64,000 nt of DNA from Nitrosopumilaceae archaeon (GTDB lineage: Archaea; Thermoproteota; Nitrososphaeria; Nitrososphaerales; Nitrosopumilaceae). A program made the translations under genes and the position numbers. The stretch is from assembly GCA_965203465.1 (NCBI GenBank), contig CBDBCR010000001.1:1-64000 (forward strand), written 5' to 3'. Under the pieces are notes generated by a model. The model searched no databases, was not told the DNA's origin, and saw only the letters and a list, made by a program, of their open reading frames with translations. Shown here piece by piece: positions 51,634 to 61,208 of this stretch (positions within the stretch are counted from its first letter, which is position 1; every line of letters starts with the position of its first letter).

Positions 51634-52134
51634 TCATGCCAGCCAAGACTGCAAGAGATCGAGCATCCGGGCGATGGCGATTATGGGGCTCCCCCGGAAC
51701 TCTCCCATACCGAGAAGGTGCTTGTCGCCTGTGACGATGTAGTCGGCATGGCCGTCGTGCGCTGCGTTGATCACGATGTCGTCGTCCGGATCGTCGGGCA
51801 CCGCTCTGAATTCTGACTTTGTGGCCACGATCTCAATGGATGTTTTTATTGACTTGAATCTTTCAAGCGCGCCTTGGAGCGTTTTGAATTTTGGCCTGCT
51901 CAGGACATTTTCTGTTTCGTTGATGATGCTTGGTGAGCTGATCAGAATAGAGTCTATGCGTAAACGCGCCGGGTGGGGTTTTCTAGGCACGGATCTGTGA
52001 GATTTGGGAGATTACGCATAACCTCTAATGTGTTGTTTACGGTATACGGCATCGTGTACGAGCTGCCTCGCTCTTCCCTTATTCTTGGCGGCACTGACGA
52101 ACACGTTGGTGTCCAAGACTGCGCGGTACTTCGT
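51634..52134 (-). pseudogene. PIN toxin copy A interrupted by MITE
   Basis: VLDTNVFVSA...KQH|ILISSP...DPDDD...TGD restored when 81 bp are removed. Confidence 0.85.
51949..52026. mobile_element. 78-bp MITE
   Basis: TIRs AGAGTCTATGCGTAA / AGAGGTTATGCGTAA (13/15); AAT duplication at 51946-51948 and 52027-52029. Confidence 0.85.
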
Positions 52135-52175
52135 CTCTGCTGTTTCCAGTTTCTGTACTGAAAGACAGCTAAAAC

Positions 52176-52466
52176 CTACGCTTTTGAGGCGTCCAATGCC
52201 GCCTGCCTCCTCTCTCTCCTGTACGCGTGGACCTCTTCCACGATCTCCTCTTCGGACATCGTTATGTTCTTTTCGTCCATTTTCTTGAAAAATTCGTCCC
52301 ACGCGGCCTTTGCGCCATTCGCCGAAACAGTCTCCATCATAATCTTGTCGTTTTCGCGCCACGCTACGACCTTGACGGGCGCCTCCAGACCGAGCTCCTT
52401 GAGCAGGGCCCCGGGCACGGTAAACCGCCCCTTTTCGTCCGTGGCGGTCACTATCGTCGTGCACAT
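52176..52466 (-). CDS. AbrB/MazE-like antitoxin copy A
   Basis: TDEKGRFTVPGAL; same tail as B and C. Confidence 0.8.
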   Translation of the reverse strand: MCTTIVTATDEKGRFTVPGALLKELGLEAPVKVVAWRENDKIMMETVSANGAKAAWDEFFKKMDEKNITMSEEEIVEEVHAYRRERRQAALDASKA

Positions 52467-52602
52467 CCGCCGCCCTGCGCGACGGGGGGCTTAATATTCT
52501 GCGCTGGATCCCGCTCCACGAGACACGGCCGGGCGCGGCCCGGCCGCGCGGGCGCGCCTCCCCGAAACCGCGTTTAAATTGGACGCCCCGGGGGGCGCGG
52601 CC

Positions 52603-53442
52603 GTGAAGATAGGCTGCCACGTGTCCATAGCCGGCTCGATAGACCGCGCCGTCGACAACGCGCAGGAGCGCGGCTGCACCGCCTTTCAGATATTCACGAG
52701 CAACCCGCGCGGCTGGCACGCGCGGCCCATACCCGAGGCCGACGCGGCACAGTTCCGCAGGAAGGTGGAGGAGACGGGGATCGGCGCCGGGGCCACGGTG
52801 GCCCACATGCCGTACCTGCCCAACCTGGCCTCGCCCGACGACGAAAGGTTCGCAAAGTCCTCGCAGGCGCTGGCGAGGGAGGTGCGCCGGTGCGGCCAGC
52901 TGGGCATACCCTACCTGGTCACTCACCTGGGCAGCCACATGGGCTCGGGCGAGGAGGCCGGCATGGACAGGCTCGTAGAGGGCCTGACCGGCGGCGCCGA
53001 GATAGACAACGGCGTGACGATACTGCTGGAGAACACCGCGGGCCAGAAAAACTCGGTCGGCTCGGACTTTGGGCAGTGGGGGCAGCTGCTGCGCCGCCTG
53101 AGGCCCGCGCGCAGGTTCGGCGCCTGCCTGGACACGTGCCACGCGTTCGCCGCCGGCTACGACATGCGGAGCGCGGAGGCGGCAAAAGCCGCGCTGGCCG
53201 AGTTCGGCCAAAAGGTCGGCATGGGCCGCCTCAAGGTGCTGCACCTCAACGATTCAAAGGGCGGGCTCGGAAGCCGGCTGGACCGCCACGAGCACATAGG
53301 CATGGGCGGCATCGGCAAGGAGGGCATGCGGGCGGCCGTGCGCGCCGCCGCAAAGGCAAAGATACCGGTAATACTCGAGACGCCCATAGACGACGTGCGG
53401 TCCGAGACCGACGACATCGAGGCGGCGAGGGGGCTGGCGTGA
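52603..53442 (+). CDS. nfo: Endonuclease IV
   Basis: GCHVSIAG, HMPYL.NL, LENTAG, DTCH, HLNDS, DRHEHIG, ETP. Confidence 0.95.
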   Translation: MKIGCHVSIAGSIDRAVDNAQERGCTAFQIFTSNPRGWHARPIPEADAAQFRRKVEETGIGAGATVAHMPYLPNLASPDDERFAKSSQALAREVRRCGQLGIPYLVTHLGSHMGSGEEAGMDRLVEGLTGGAEIDNGVTILLENTAGQKNSVGSDFGQWGQLLRRLRPARRFGACLDTCHAFAAGYDMRSAEAAKAALAEFGQKVGMGRLKVLHLNDSKGGLGSRLDRHEHIGMGGIGKEGMRAAVRAAAKAKIPVILETPIDDVRSETDDIEAARGLA

Positions 53443-54869
53443 CCTACGAAGAGGTGGCCAAACTGGCCCTGGAGCGCGGGTTTTACTTTCCCAGCTGCGA
53501 GGTGTACGGGGACGCGCAGGCCGGCTTTTGGGAGTACGGCCCGACGGGGACCGCCTTCAAGGCCAGGTTTTTGGATCTGTGGAGGAGGCAGCTGGTGCGG
53601 CGCGACTCCATGATGGAGATAGACGGCTCGCAGATAATGTCCGGGTCGGTGTTCGAATCCTCGGGCCACCTTTCGAGCTTTGCCGACCCCGTGACAAAGT
53701 GCTCGGAGTGCGGCTCTACGTTCCGCGCCGACAAGCTTTTAGAAGAGGCGTGCGGCGCAAAGATCCCCGAGGCCGCCGAGCCGTCCGAGTTCGACGCGGC
53801 CATAAAATCAAACTCGGTATCGTGCAGGTGCGGCGGCGCCCTGGGCCCGGCCAAAAAGTTCAACATGATGTTCCGCGTCGGCATCGGGCCCGACTCGGAG
53901 CCGGCGTACCTGCGCCCCGAGACCTGCCAGTCCATATTCGTGGACGCCCCCCGCCTCTTCAAGACCATGAGGGTGCGGCTGCCGCAGGGCGTGGCCCAGG
54001 TGGGCAAGAGCTTCCGCAACGAGATAGCCCCCAGGCAGGGCCTGCTGAGGCTGCGCGAGTTCTACCAGGCCGAGATAGAGGTTTTCTGCAACCCCGGCAG
54101 GCTCGACGAGGCGCCGCGCTTCGCCGAGGTGGCAGATACGGCCGTGACCATAGACGGCGAGGACACCACCTGCTCGGGGGCGCTCGAGTCGGGCCTGCTC
54201 CCCAACAGGCTGGTCGCCTACTACGTGGGGCTGCTGGCCGAATTCTACGGCAAGACCGGCATCGACATGTCCAGGGCGCGCTTTAGGAAGCTGGGCGAGA
54301 AGGAAAAGGCGTTCTACGCGCAGACCGCGCTGGACCTCGAGGTGGAGACCTCGACGGGCTGGCTGGAGCTGGTCGCGTGCAACTACCGCTCCGGCCACGA
54401 CCTGTCCGGGCACGCGAGGGGCAGCGGCGAGCGCTTTGAGATCATGGACGGGGAGGAGAAGGTGCTGCCCCACGTCTTCGAGATATCGATGGGCATCGAC
54501 CGCAGCCTGTACGCGATACTGGAGCATTCCATGCGGCGCGACGGCGAGCGTGCGGTTCTGTCGGTGCCGCCGCGCCTGGCGCCGGTCCAGGTGGGCGTGC
54601 TCTCGCTGGTCAAAAAGGACGGCCTAAAGGAGAGGGCCGACGAGCTGTACGAGTCCCTAAAGTACGACTTTGCCGCGTTCGCCGACCACTCGGGGGCCGT
54701 CGGGCGCCGCTACAGGAGGCTCGACGAGATAGGCTGCCCGTTCGCGCTGACCGTCGACCACCGGACACTCGAGGACGGCACGGTCACCCTGAGGGAGCGC
54801 GACACCATGGAGCAGTCGCGCGTGCCCGCCTCAGGGGTTGCCGGCATCCTCCGGGAGCGGCTGGCCTGA
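53439..54869 (+). CDS. glyS: Glycyl-tRNA synthetase (dimeric type)
   Basis: YLRPETCQ, FRNEIAPR, REFYQAE, GRRYRRLDEIG. Confidence 0.95.
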   Translation: MTYEEVAKLALERGFYFPSCEVYGDAQAGFWEYGPTGTAFKARFLDLWRRQLVRRDSMMEIDGSQIMSGSVFESSGHLSSFADPVTKCSECGSTFRADKLLEEACGAKIPEAAEPSEFDAAIKSNSVSCRCGGALGPAKKFNMMFRVGIGPDSEPAYLRPETCQSIFVDAPRLFKTMRVRLPQGVAQVGKSFRNEIAPRQGLLRLREFYQAEIEVFCNPGRLDEAPRFAEVADTAVTIDGEDTTCSGALESGLLPNRLVAYYVGLLAEFYGKTGIDMSRARFRKLGEKEKAFYAQTALDLEVETSTGWLELVACNYRSGHDLSGHARGSGERFEIMDGEEKVLPHVFEISMGIDRSLYAILEHSMRRDGERAVLSVPPRLAPVQVGVLSLVKKDGLKERADELYESLKYDFAAFADHSGAVGRRYRRLDEIGCPFALTVDHRTLEDGTVTLRERDTMEQSRVPASGVAGILRERLA

Positions 54870-56750
54870 GCCGTCGCCCAGCTCCACCACGTGCGAGCCG
54901 CCGGCCGGCAGGGCCCGCACGAACTCGTCGAGGGGGACCGCGCGCGCCTGCTCCTCGTGGGAGCGCAGGAATTCGGCGCGGATCTTTTTGGCCGCCTCGG
55001 CCATGTCGCCGCTAGACGGCTCTATCACCGCGTAGCAGAGGCTGTGCTTCTTGACCGGCGCGGGCGGCCCGCAGACCAGCGCCAGCGAGCCGGAGCGCTC
55101 CAGCACCCCGACGGCCAGGCGCAGCGGCGAGGCGCGCACGTAGTTGCGCTGCCCCTCTATGACGAACGAGCCCTTGGGGAGGAACTGCCCGCTGGGGGCG
55201 GCCCTCTTTACCTGCCCCGGGGCTATCCAGTAGGCCCCGCTGCCGTGCGCCGCGTCGCGCCACGCCCTGCTGAAGCAGACGGTCGCGTCGGCCGCCTCCT
55301 CGATGCTCATGGTTCCGGCCCCGCCCGAATCCTTCAGCACGAAGAACGGCGAGCCGAACGTGTCTGCGTGGAAGACCCTGTCTTGGGGCTTCATCTGCTT
55401 GCGTATGAGGGCCGAGTTGGACGAGGAATCGCGCCCGCCCACCGCGACGAACCCGTCGCTGGTAAAGAACCACCTGTACCTCTGAAACCAGGCGCGCTTT
55501 GCTATCCGGCGCGAGCCCAGCTGCTCGCGCTCGGCGCCGGCCCTGCTTTCCAGCTCGGCCAGCCTGCCTTGGGAGCGCAGGCGCTGCGCCTCTATGGCCT
55601 TTACTGCAGAGGCCTGCCTTTTGGATTCGTCGAACAGGGCCGAGGCGGCCGCGTGGAGCGACGCGTCCGGGTTTATCTTGGCCTTTACGCCCGAGACGGA
55701 CAGGTGGGGGACCCCGCGCACGCGTATCAGCTCGGCGCCCAGCTCCTTGAGGCGCGCCCCGGCGCGCGGGTCCGAAAGCGACTGCGCGCCTGCCGATGCC
55801 AGCTCCGAGAGGGCGCGCGCGAGCTCGGAGATCTGCCCGGAGCGGCGCACGACGGTCTCGGCGGCCTTTTCCTGCTCTTCGAGGCGCGAGCGGTACTCGC
55901 GGATCTTCTTTTCGGTGGCCTCGGACTGCGCGTCCCTGCCCGCCGCCGTTATCTTGGAGCAGAGCGCCTCGTCTACGGCCTCCATGAACGAGGGCGCGGG
56001 CCGGGCGCCGGGCAGCATCACGGGGTGCGCGCCGGTCTCCGAGACGCACGGCTCGTGCCTGCCCTCGGCAATGTCGGAGGCCAGCGAGCGGGCCGCCTCG
56101 AATATGCGGCGCGCCTGTTCGGCGGAGAGCCCGTCCGCGGGGGCGCGCGGGTTCTCGCCGGCCCTGCGGAAGACCTCCTCGGCGTACCTCTTGGGCAGGC
56201 CCAGCGTCCTGCCCGCCCAGCGCACCGACTCGGTCGCCGAGACGGTCTTTGCGAACTCTTCGGGGCTCGCCTCCAGCACGTCGATCCCGTTGGGCGGCGG
56301 CGGCGCGTACTCTAGGCCGACTGCCAGCTTGCGGTGGCGCACCTCGATGGAGTGGAGCAGCGCCAGTATCTTCATTTTATCGTCGCACAGCACCAGGTTG
56401 CCGCCGCCGAACAGCTCGGCTACCAGCACGTATTCCTTGTCAAAGCTGGAAAAGTGCAGGTAGGCTATGCGCTCGGCGCCCTCTTGGCGCGCGGCCGTCA
56501 GCCTCGCGCGGCCGAGCGCGTCGCGCAGGCGCCTCTGCAGCCTGTTGGGTTCGGACTGGTCCAGGCGCCTCGAGGTGAGCCAGAGGCCCGAGGTCGAGAC
56601 CATCAGGTAGGCGTCGGGCTTTTCGGTGTGGTGGAGCTTGAAGAGCAGCGAGGAGCGGTCGATGCCGTAGATGTTGCTCACGTAGTGGCCGGCGGTCTCG
56701 GAGCCTATCTTGGAGACGAGGTAGCGCAGCTCTATCCCGGCGATGTCCAT
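54831..56750 (-). CDS. rqcH: NFACT/Rqc2 (aRqcH) ribosome quality-control protein
   Basis: ELFGGGNL, WFQRYRWF, GGRD..SN, FHAD, PSGQFLPKGSF. Confidence 0.9.
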   Translation of the reverse strand: MDIAGIELRYLVSKIGSETAGHYVSNIYGIDRSSLLFKLHHTEKPDAYLMVSTSGLWLTSRRLDQSEPNRLQRRLRDALGRARLTAARQEGAERIAYLHFSSFDKEYVLVAELFGGGNLVLCDDKMKILALLHSIEVRHRKLAVGLEYAPPPPNGIDVLEASPEEFAKTVSATESVRWAGRTLGLPKRYAEEVFRRAGENPRAPADGLSAEQARRIFEAARSLASDIAEGRHEPCVSETGAHPVMLPGARPAPSFMEAVDEALCSKITAAGRDAQSEATEKKIREYRSRLEEQEKAAETVVRRSGQISELARALSELASAGAQSLSDPRAGARLKELGAELIRVRGVPHLSVSGVKAKINPDASLHAAASALFDESKRQASAVKAIEAQRLRSQGRLAELESRAGAEREQLGSRRIAKRAWFQRYRWFFTSDGFVAVGGRDSSSNSALIRKQMKPQDRVFHADTFGSPFFVLKDSGGAGTMSIEEAADATVCFSRAWRDAAHGSGAYWIAPGQVKRAAPSGQFLPKGSFVIEGQRNYVRASPLRLAVGVLERSGSLALVCGPPAPVKKHSLCYAVIEPSSGDMAEAAKKIRAEFLRSHEEQARAVPLDEFVRALPAGGSHVVELGDGSGQPLPEDAGNP

Positions 56751-56789
56751 GCCCCGCGCCGCGGGGGGGCGGTTAATACCCCTAACGGT

Positions 56790-57461
56790 TCAGTGCCGCT
56801 TGGGCAGGAACGGCACTATGGCCCGCACGAACTCCATGAGGTTCTTGGTCTGCAGGTACACCTTGCCGGGGCCGGTGATCTCCAGCGTGAGGGCCTCGCC
56901 GCCGAACAGCGTGGTCTTGAAGCCGCCGTGCTTTGCCACGCGGTACGAGGCGGTGGAGCTGAGCGCGACGAGCTGGTAGTTGTCCAAGACCATCTTTTGG
57001 CCCGCCCGCAGCTCCTTTTGGAGGATGCCGCCCCAGGCGTTGACGAACATGGTCCCCGAGCCGACCGTCTTTAGCATGAAGAGGTTGTTGCCGAATATCC
57101 CCTTGGTAAAGCCCTGCCACTTGGTGTCCAGGGTCAGGCCGGTCGTGGAGCAGACGAACGCGCCCGACTGGACTATGAACTCTTCGGAGACCTCGAGCGC
57201 CTCGATGTCGCCTAGCATGTTGCCGGTCAGGCCCAGCAGGCACCCGTCCTCGCGGGCGGTGAACTCGTTGACGAAGAACGACTCGCCGCCCAGGGCCGCC
57301 GCCTTCAGGGACTTTAGGAAGCCGCCCTTTCGCATGCGCGTCTCGGTGCCAATGTCGCCCTGCATGAAGACCATGGCCGCGGCCTCGGCGGTCACGCCCT
57401 CGCCCCTGTCCAGCTCGAATTCCACGAGGCCCGTCGGGTTCTTTACTATCCGGTGCTTCAC
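56790..57461 (-). CDS. TIGR00266/AIM24 family protein
   Basis: AEAAAMV, GGESFFVNEF, GGEAL, GPGKVYLQT. Confidence 0.9.
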   Translation of the reverse strand: MKHRIVKNPTGLVEFELDRGEGVTAEAAAMVFMQGDIGTETRMRKGGFLKSLKAAALGGESFFVNEFTAREDGCLLGLTGNMLGDIEALEVSEEFIVQSGAFVCSTTGLTLDTKWQGFTKGIFGNNLFMLKTVGSGTMFVNAWGGILQKELRAGQKMVLDNYQLVALSSTASYRVAKHGGFKTTLFGGEALTLEITGPGKVYLQTKNLMEFVRAIVPFLPKRH

Positions 57462-57537
57462 GGCGCGGGGGCGGGGGGCGGCGTAATAAGTTGCGCGGTG
57501 CGGCAGGATCAAATATGCCGGGCGCGGGGGGCGGGGC

Positions 57538-57969
57538 GTGAACACGGTGAAGGAGCTGCGCGACGAGCTGGCGAGGGCAAAGGGCGAGCTGGCCAAGGAG
57601 GCGCGCCGCCGTGCCGAGGCCGAAGAGCACATTGCCGAGATGGCCTGCCGCGCGGAAAATCAGGACGAAATAAACAACATACGGAAGGAAATGATATCCA
57701 GCATGGAAAAAAAGTTGTCCATACAAGAAAAACTCATAGACCTGCAGAAAGATCAGATAGGCGAGCATGCAAAGGCGGCGTCCATACGAAATGCCCTCAT
57801 AGCAAACCTGGATCGCGAAGCGGAAGAGAAGAATGCCAGAATGGCCGATCTCGAACGCCGCCTCGCAAAATACGAGGCCGATCCGCCAAGCGAACAGGGC
57901 GAGGGCGCAGAAAAAGCCAGGGCGGCTGAGCTTGCGCGAAACCGTAAAAGCGTCGAACGGTCAAGCTAG
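57538..57969 (+). CDS. Coiled-coil hypothetical protein
   Basis: 143-aa E/K/R-rich heptad-like ORF. Confidence 0.6.
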   Translation: MNTVKELRDELARAKGELAKEARRRAEAEEHIAEMACRAENQDEINNIRKEMISSMEKKLSIQEKLIDLQKDQIGEHAKAASIRNALIANLDREAEEKNARMADLERRLAKYEADPPSEQGEGAEKARAAELARNRKSVERSS

Positions 57970-60900
57970 GCTCGCGGTTTCAGCCCTTTGGCCGGCTCTA
58001 ACCCGTCCATGACAAACATGGCGCCTACCAGCACGAGCTGCGAGTCTGCCTTTACGGGCGCCGCCTTGTCCACGGCTCGATCCGCCAAGTATATCCTGTC
58101 TGCAAGCTGCCGGATCTCCCTGCACATGCGCGCCGGATCCTCCTCGTATTCGCGCAAGATGTCCTTGACGGTGACCGTCCACGGCCCCATCTCGTGTGAC
58201 GAGAGTATCTGGTACGCCTCGTCTGCGTCCTCCTGCGGCAGCCTACCACCGGCTACGGCCTCTACCAGCACGTTCAAGTCGAGGTCGCTTTGGGATTTCT
58301 TTTTAAGATCGAGCACCTTTTTCTTGCCCGCCTCGTTCATGTCACGTATGGCCCCGTGCGCCTCTGCGTCTATTCGCAACAGCTCCTCGAACGATTCGCG
58401 GTGCTCCTCGCCGTCCATGGGCAGATACAGATCCGTCCCCTTGGCGCACGAGATCAGCCCGATTGCCTCCGAGTCGTTCTCGGGCACCTCGGCCCGACCC
58501 TTGGCATAGTCGTACACGACAAAGTGCACCCTGCGGGTCTGACCGTCCTCCTGTAGGTATGCGAGCACCGCCTTTCGACCCTCGCCTTTTTTGCCGCTGC
58601 GCCTGCCCATGGGCACGTCGCCCATGGCCTCGAAGCCTATCTCCTTTACGTGCCGCATGATCTCGTTGATCGGCGTAGACTGCGGCATCAGGTCAGATTC
58701 CGATTCCAAGCGCGCTATCGTCGCGTCCGAATCGCCCTTTTGGCCTGCAAGGGTTCTGATGGTGGGGGCCAAGTTTCCGTTGAAATCTTTTGGGCAGGGC
58801 ATCTTGTCCAAGATCTCGATGTCGGTGCCGACCACGTTGGCTGCCGTGTCCACTTTGGCCAGCAGCTTGCCCACCAGCTTCAACAGGGCATCCAGCTGCT
58901 TGTCCGGATAGCATGCCCGCGAGCGTATCGTCTTGTGGGCGCTGGTAAGCCTGTCTATCCTGCCGGTGCGCTGCACTATCCTCATGGGGTTCCACGGAAG
59001 GTCGTAGTTTACCACATAGTTGCAGTCCTGCAAGTTCTGCCCCTCGGAGAGCACCTCGGTAGATACGAGTATGTCCGCTTCCTTGTCATGCAGATCTTCG
59101 TCCTCAGGCAGGTTGGCCATGGGCGAAAACTGTATGATGTACTTTTGTCTGACTTGCTGTTTGGTGTTGCCGTGTATGAGCAGCACCTCCTTGTCCGGAA
59201 ACGCCTCGCGCATCTTTTCGCGTAAGTGCTTGGCGGTGACCGTGTATTCGGTAAAGACTAGCACCTTGCAACCCTCTTTTTGCAGGGCCCCGTCTGAAAC
59301 GATGGCATCGCGCACGGCCTCGAATTTTTTGTCGATGGTGACCTTTTCAAGCTCTTGGAGCAGGTTGCGCAGTATCTGCAGATCCGACCGCATGTCGGAG
59401 AGCATCGAGCGCTTGTCGTAGCCGGATCCGAGTTTTTCGGTGGCCATCTCTCTGACCATCTGCGCTAGATCTTCTTCCGAATCTTGGCCGTCGATCTCGT
59501 CGTTGCTACACCTTGCAATGGCCTTGTTAAAGTCCCGCACGCGCAGTATTCTGTTCTGTTCGAGCATCTGCTCCACATGCTCGTACATGCGTATCTTGTT
59601 GCCTATGCTTATTCGCACCGCCTCGGTGCTAGACTCGAACCTCTTTAGCAACAGCAGCACTTGTAGGTGGGCCAGCGTCCTGTGCGCCTCGCGCTCCTCC
59701 TTGGGCAGATCCGTGTTGTATCTCTCCAGACCGTACGGGGCCATGGTGAGCGACTTTATGTCTTCGAATAGCCTGCCGAAGATGTCACCGAAGAGCTCCG
59801 CAAGATCGTACCTTATCGGCCTGTACTCGTGCGTCGGAAAGCTTATCAGCTTGCCGGCTATCTTGTCGTCCTTGTACACATCGCGTATGAACGACCGGGT
59901 CCGCCTGATCATAACAGAGTCGAGCAGCTGCTGTATCTTTTCTAGGCCCTGGCTTAGATCTTTGTTGGTCGCATCGCGCATGTGCTTGTACAGATCCACG
60001 ATGCCCACAGTCTCCCAAAAATAGTCGTCTTTGCCCTTTGTGATTATGGACAGCTGATAGTACAGATCCATGAGCGAGTTGTTGATGGGGGTGGCCGTGA
60101 GCAGCAATACCTGCTTGGGCTTGCCGATTGACAGCATCTTCATCAGGTTGAGACGCCTCTGCGCGTTCTTTGAGCGGAAGTTCTGCGACTCGTCTATTAT
60201 CACAAAGTCGATGTTGCGATATTTCCGCAGCTCGTCCAAAAAGCCCTCCCGGCCCATGGACTCCATGCTAGCTGTCTGCCTCACCGTAATGCCCATCTCT
60301 TGGAGCTTTGCGCCCCACATGCTGTCTAGCACCTGCGCGGGGGCCACCAGCATGGCCTTTCTGCCCTCGTAGAATATCTTTTGTCGTATTATCTCAATGC
60401 CCATGTTGGTCTTGCCCAAGCCCGTCGAGTCGGCGATTATGGCCCCGCCATAGCTGCCTATCAGGTGCAGCGCCGTGTCGACCGCGTCCTGTTGAAAGGC
60501 GGTCAGCGACGCGCCCCGCCGGTACGGCCGATCTGACCTCCTTAGGAACTGCTTGAACTTTTCAAACAGCATCTTCATGTAGACATCGTGCGGCTCTGCC
60601 GGCGCACCGAATTTCGACTGCTTTAGCACGCGCATCAGGTCCTCTTTCGCGTCAGACGCGTCGGCCCACATGCGGTCGAACCACTTGCGGGTCTGGGTGG
60701 TCACGCTAGGCTGGTACAGGCCGGCGTTGAGCTCGTAGTTGCCCGCAAGCCCGGCGCCGGTCAGGTTGCTGGAGCCGATAAAGACCGAATTGTCCCCCAG
60801 TATGTAGCATTTGGAGTGGTTGAACCTGCTCTGGCCGAGCCGCACCTCTATGTTGGGCCTTTCCAACAGCCGTATGAGGCTCGCCGCGTCCCCGTACGAG

Positions 60901-61208
60901 CTCGGCTCCAGATCCTGCACATCCAGCTGGGCCTTTACCGAGCGCGGCTCGTCGAACCTGCTTGCCAGTTCTTCGAACGTCTCTTCTGAAGGTAGCATGG
61001 CGCCCTTGCCCATGAGCAGGCGCATTTTGAACGAGCCGTCCTCGGCCGCCTTTTCGATGTTTTCGCGCAAGAGGCCGTACCCGGCCACGTCGAAATACCC
61101 TGTGGACACATCAAACTGTTTCGCGTGCGGGATCTCCGAATTGAGCACATCCCGCATGGTGACATCCGACGAGTTGTCGATGATGTCGCGCTTGATGCGT
61201 TCGGTCAT
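57966..61208 (-). CDS. PLD-nuclease / SNF2-family helicase fusion
   Basis: HSKCY...GSSNLT...NYELN PLD motif; ADSTGLGKT, DESQ, TATPINN, SEGQNLQ, LPWNP..QRTGRIDR. Confidence 0.9.
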   Translation of the reverse strand: MTERIKRDIIDNSSDVTMRDVLNSEIPHAKQFDVSTGYFDVAGYGLLRENIEKAAEDGSFKMRLLMGKGAMLPSEETFEELASRFDEPRSVKAQLDVQDLEPSSYGDAASLIRLLERPNIEVRLGQSRFNHSKCYILGDNSVFIGSSNLTGAGLAGNYELNAGLYQPSVTTQTRKWFDRMWADASDAKEDLMRVLKQSKFGAPAEPHDVYMKMLFEKFKQFLRRSDRPYRRGASLTAFQQDAVDTALHLIGSYGGAIIADSTGLGKTNMGIEIIRQKIFYEGRKAMLVAPAQVLDSMWGAKLQEMGITVRQTASMESMGREGFLDELRKYRNIDFVIIDESQNFRSKNAQRRLNLMKMLSIGKPKQVLLLTATPINNSLMDLYYQLSIITKGKDDYFWETVGIVDLYKHMRDATNKDLSQGLEKIQQLLDSVMIRRTRSFIRDVYKDDKIAGKLISFPTHEYRPIRYDLAELFGDIFGRLFEDIKSLTMAPYGLERYNTDLPKEEREAHRTLAHLQVLLLLKRFESSTEAVRISIGNKIRMYEHVEQMLEQNRILRVRDFNKAIARCSNDEIDGQDSEEDLAQMVREMATEKLGSGYDKRSMLSDMRSDLQILRNLLQELEKVTIDKKFEAVRDAIVSDGALQKEGCKVLVFTEYTVTAKHLREKMREAFPDKEVLLIHGNTKQQVRQKYIIQFSPMANLPEDEDLHDKEADILVSTEVLSEGQNLQDCNYVVNYDLPWNPMRIVQRTGRIDRLTSAHKTIRSRACYPDKQLDALLKLVGKLLAKVDTAANVVGTDIEILDKMPCPKDFNGNLAPTIRTLAGQKGDSDATIARLESESDLMPQSTPINEIMRHVKEIGFEAMGDVPMGRRSGKKGEGRKAVLAYLQEDGQTRRVHFVVYDYAKGRAEVPENDSEAIGLISCAKGTDLYLPMDGEEHRESFEELLRIDAEAHGAIRDMNEAGKKKVLDLKKKSQSDLDLNVLVEAVAGGRLPQEDADEAYQILSSHEMGPWTVTVKDILREYEEDPARMCREIRQLADRIYLADRAVDKAAPVKADSQLVLVGAMFVMDGLEPAKGLKPRA

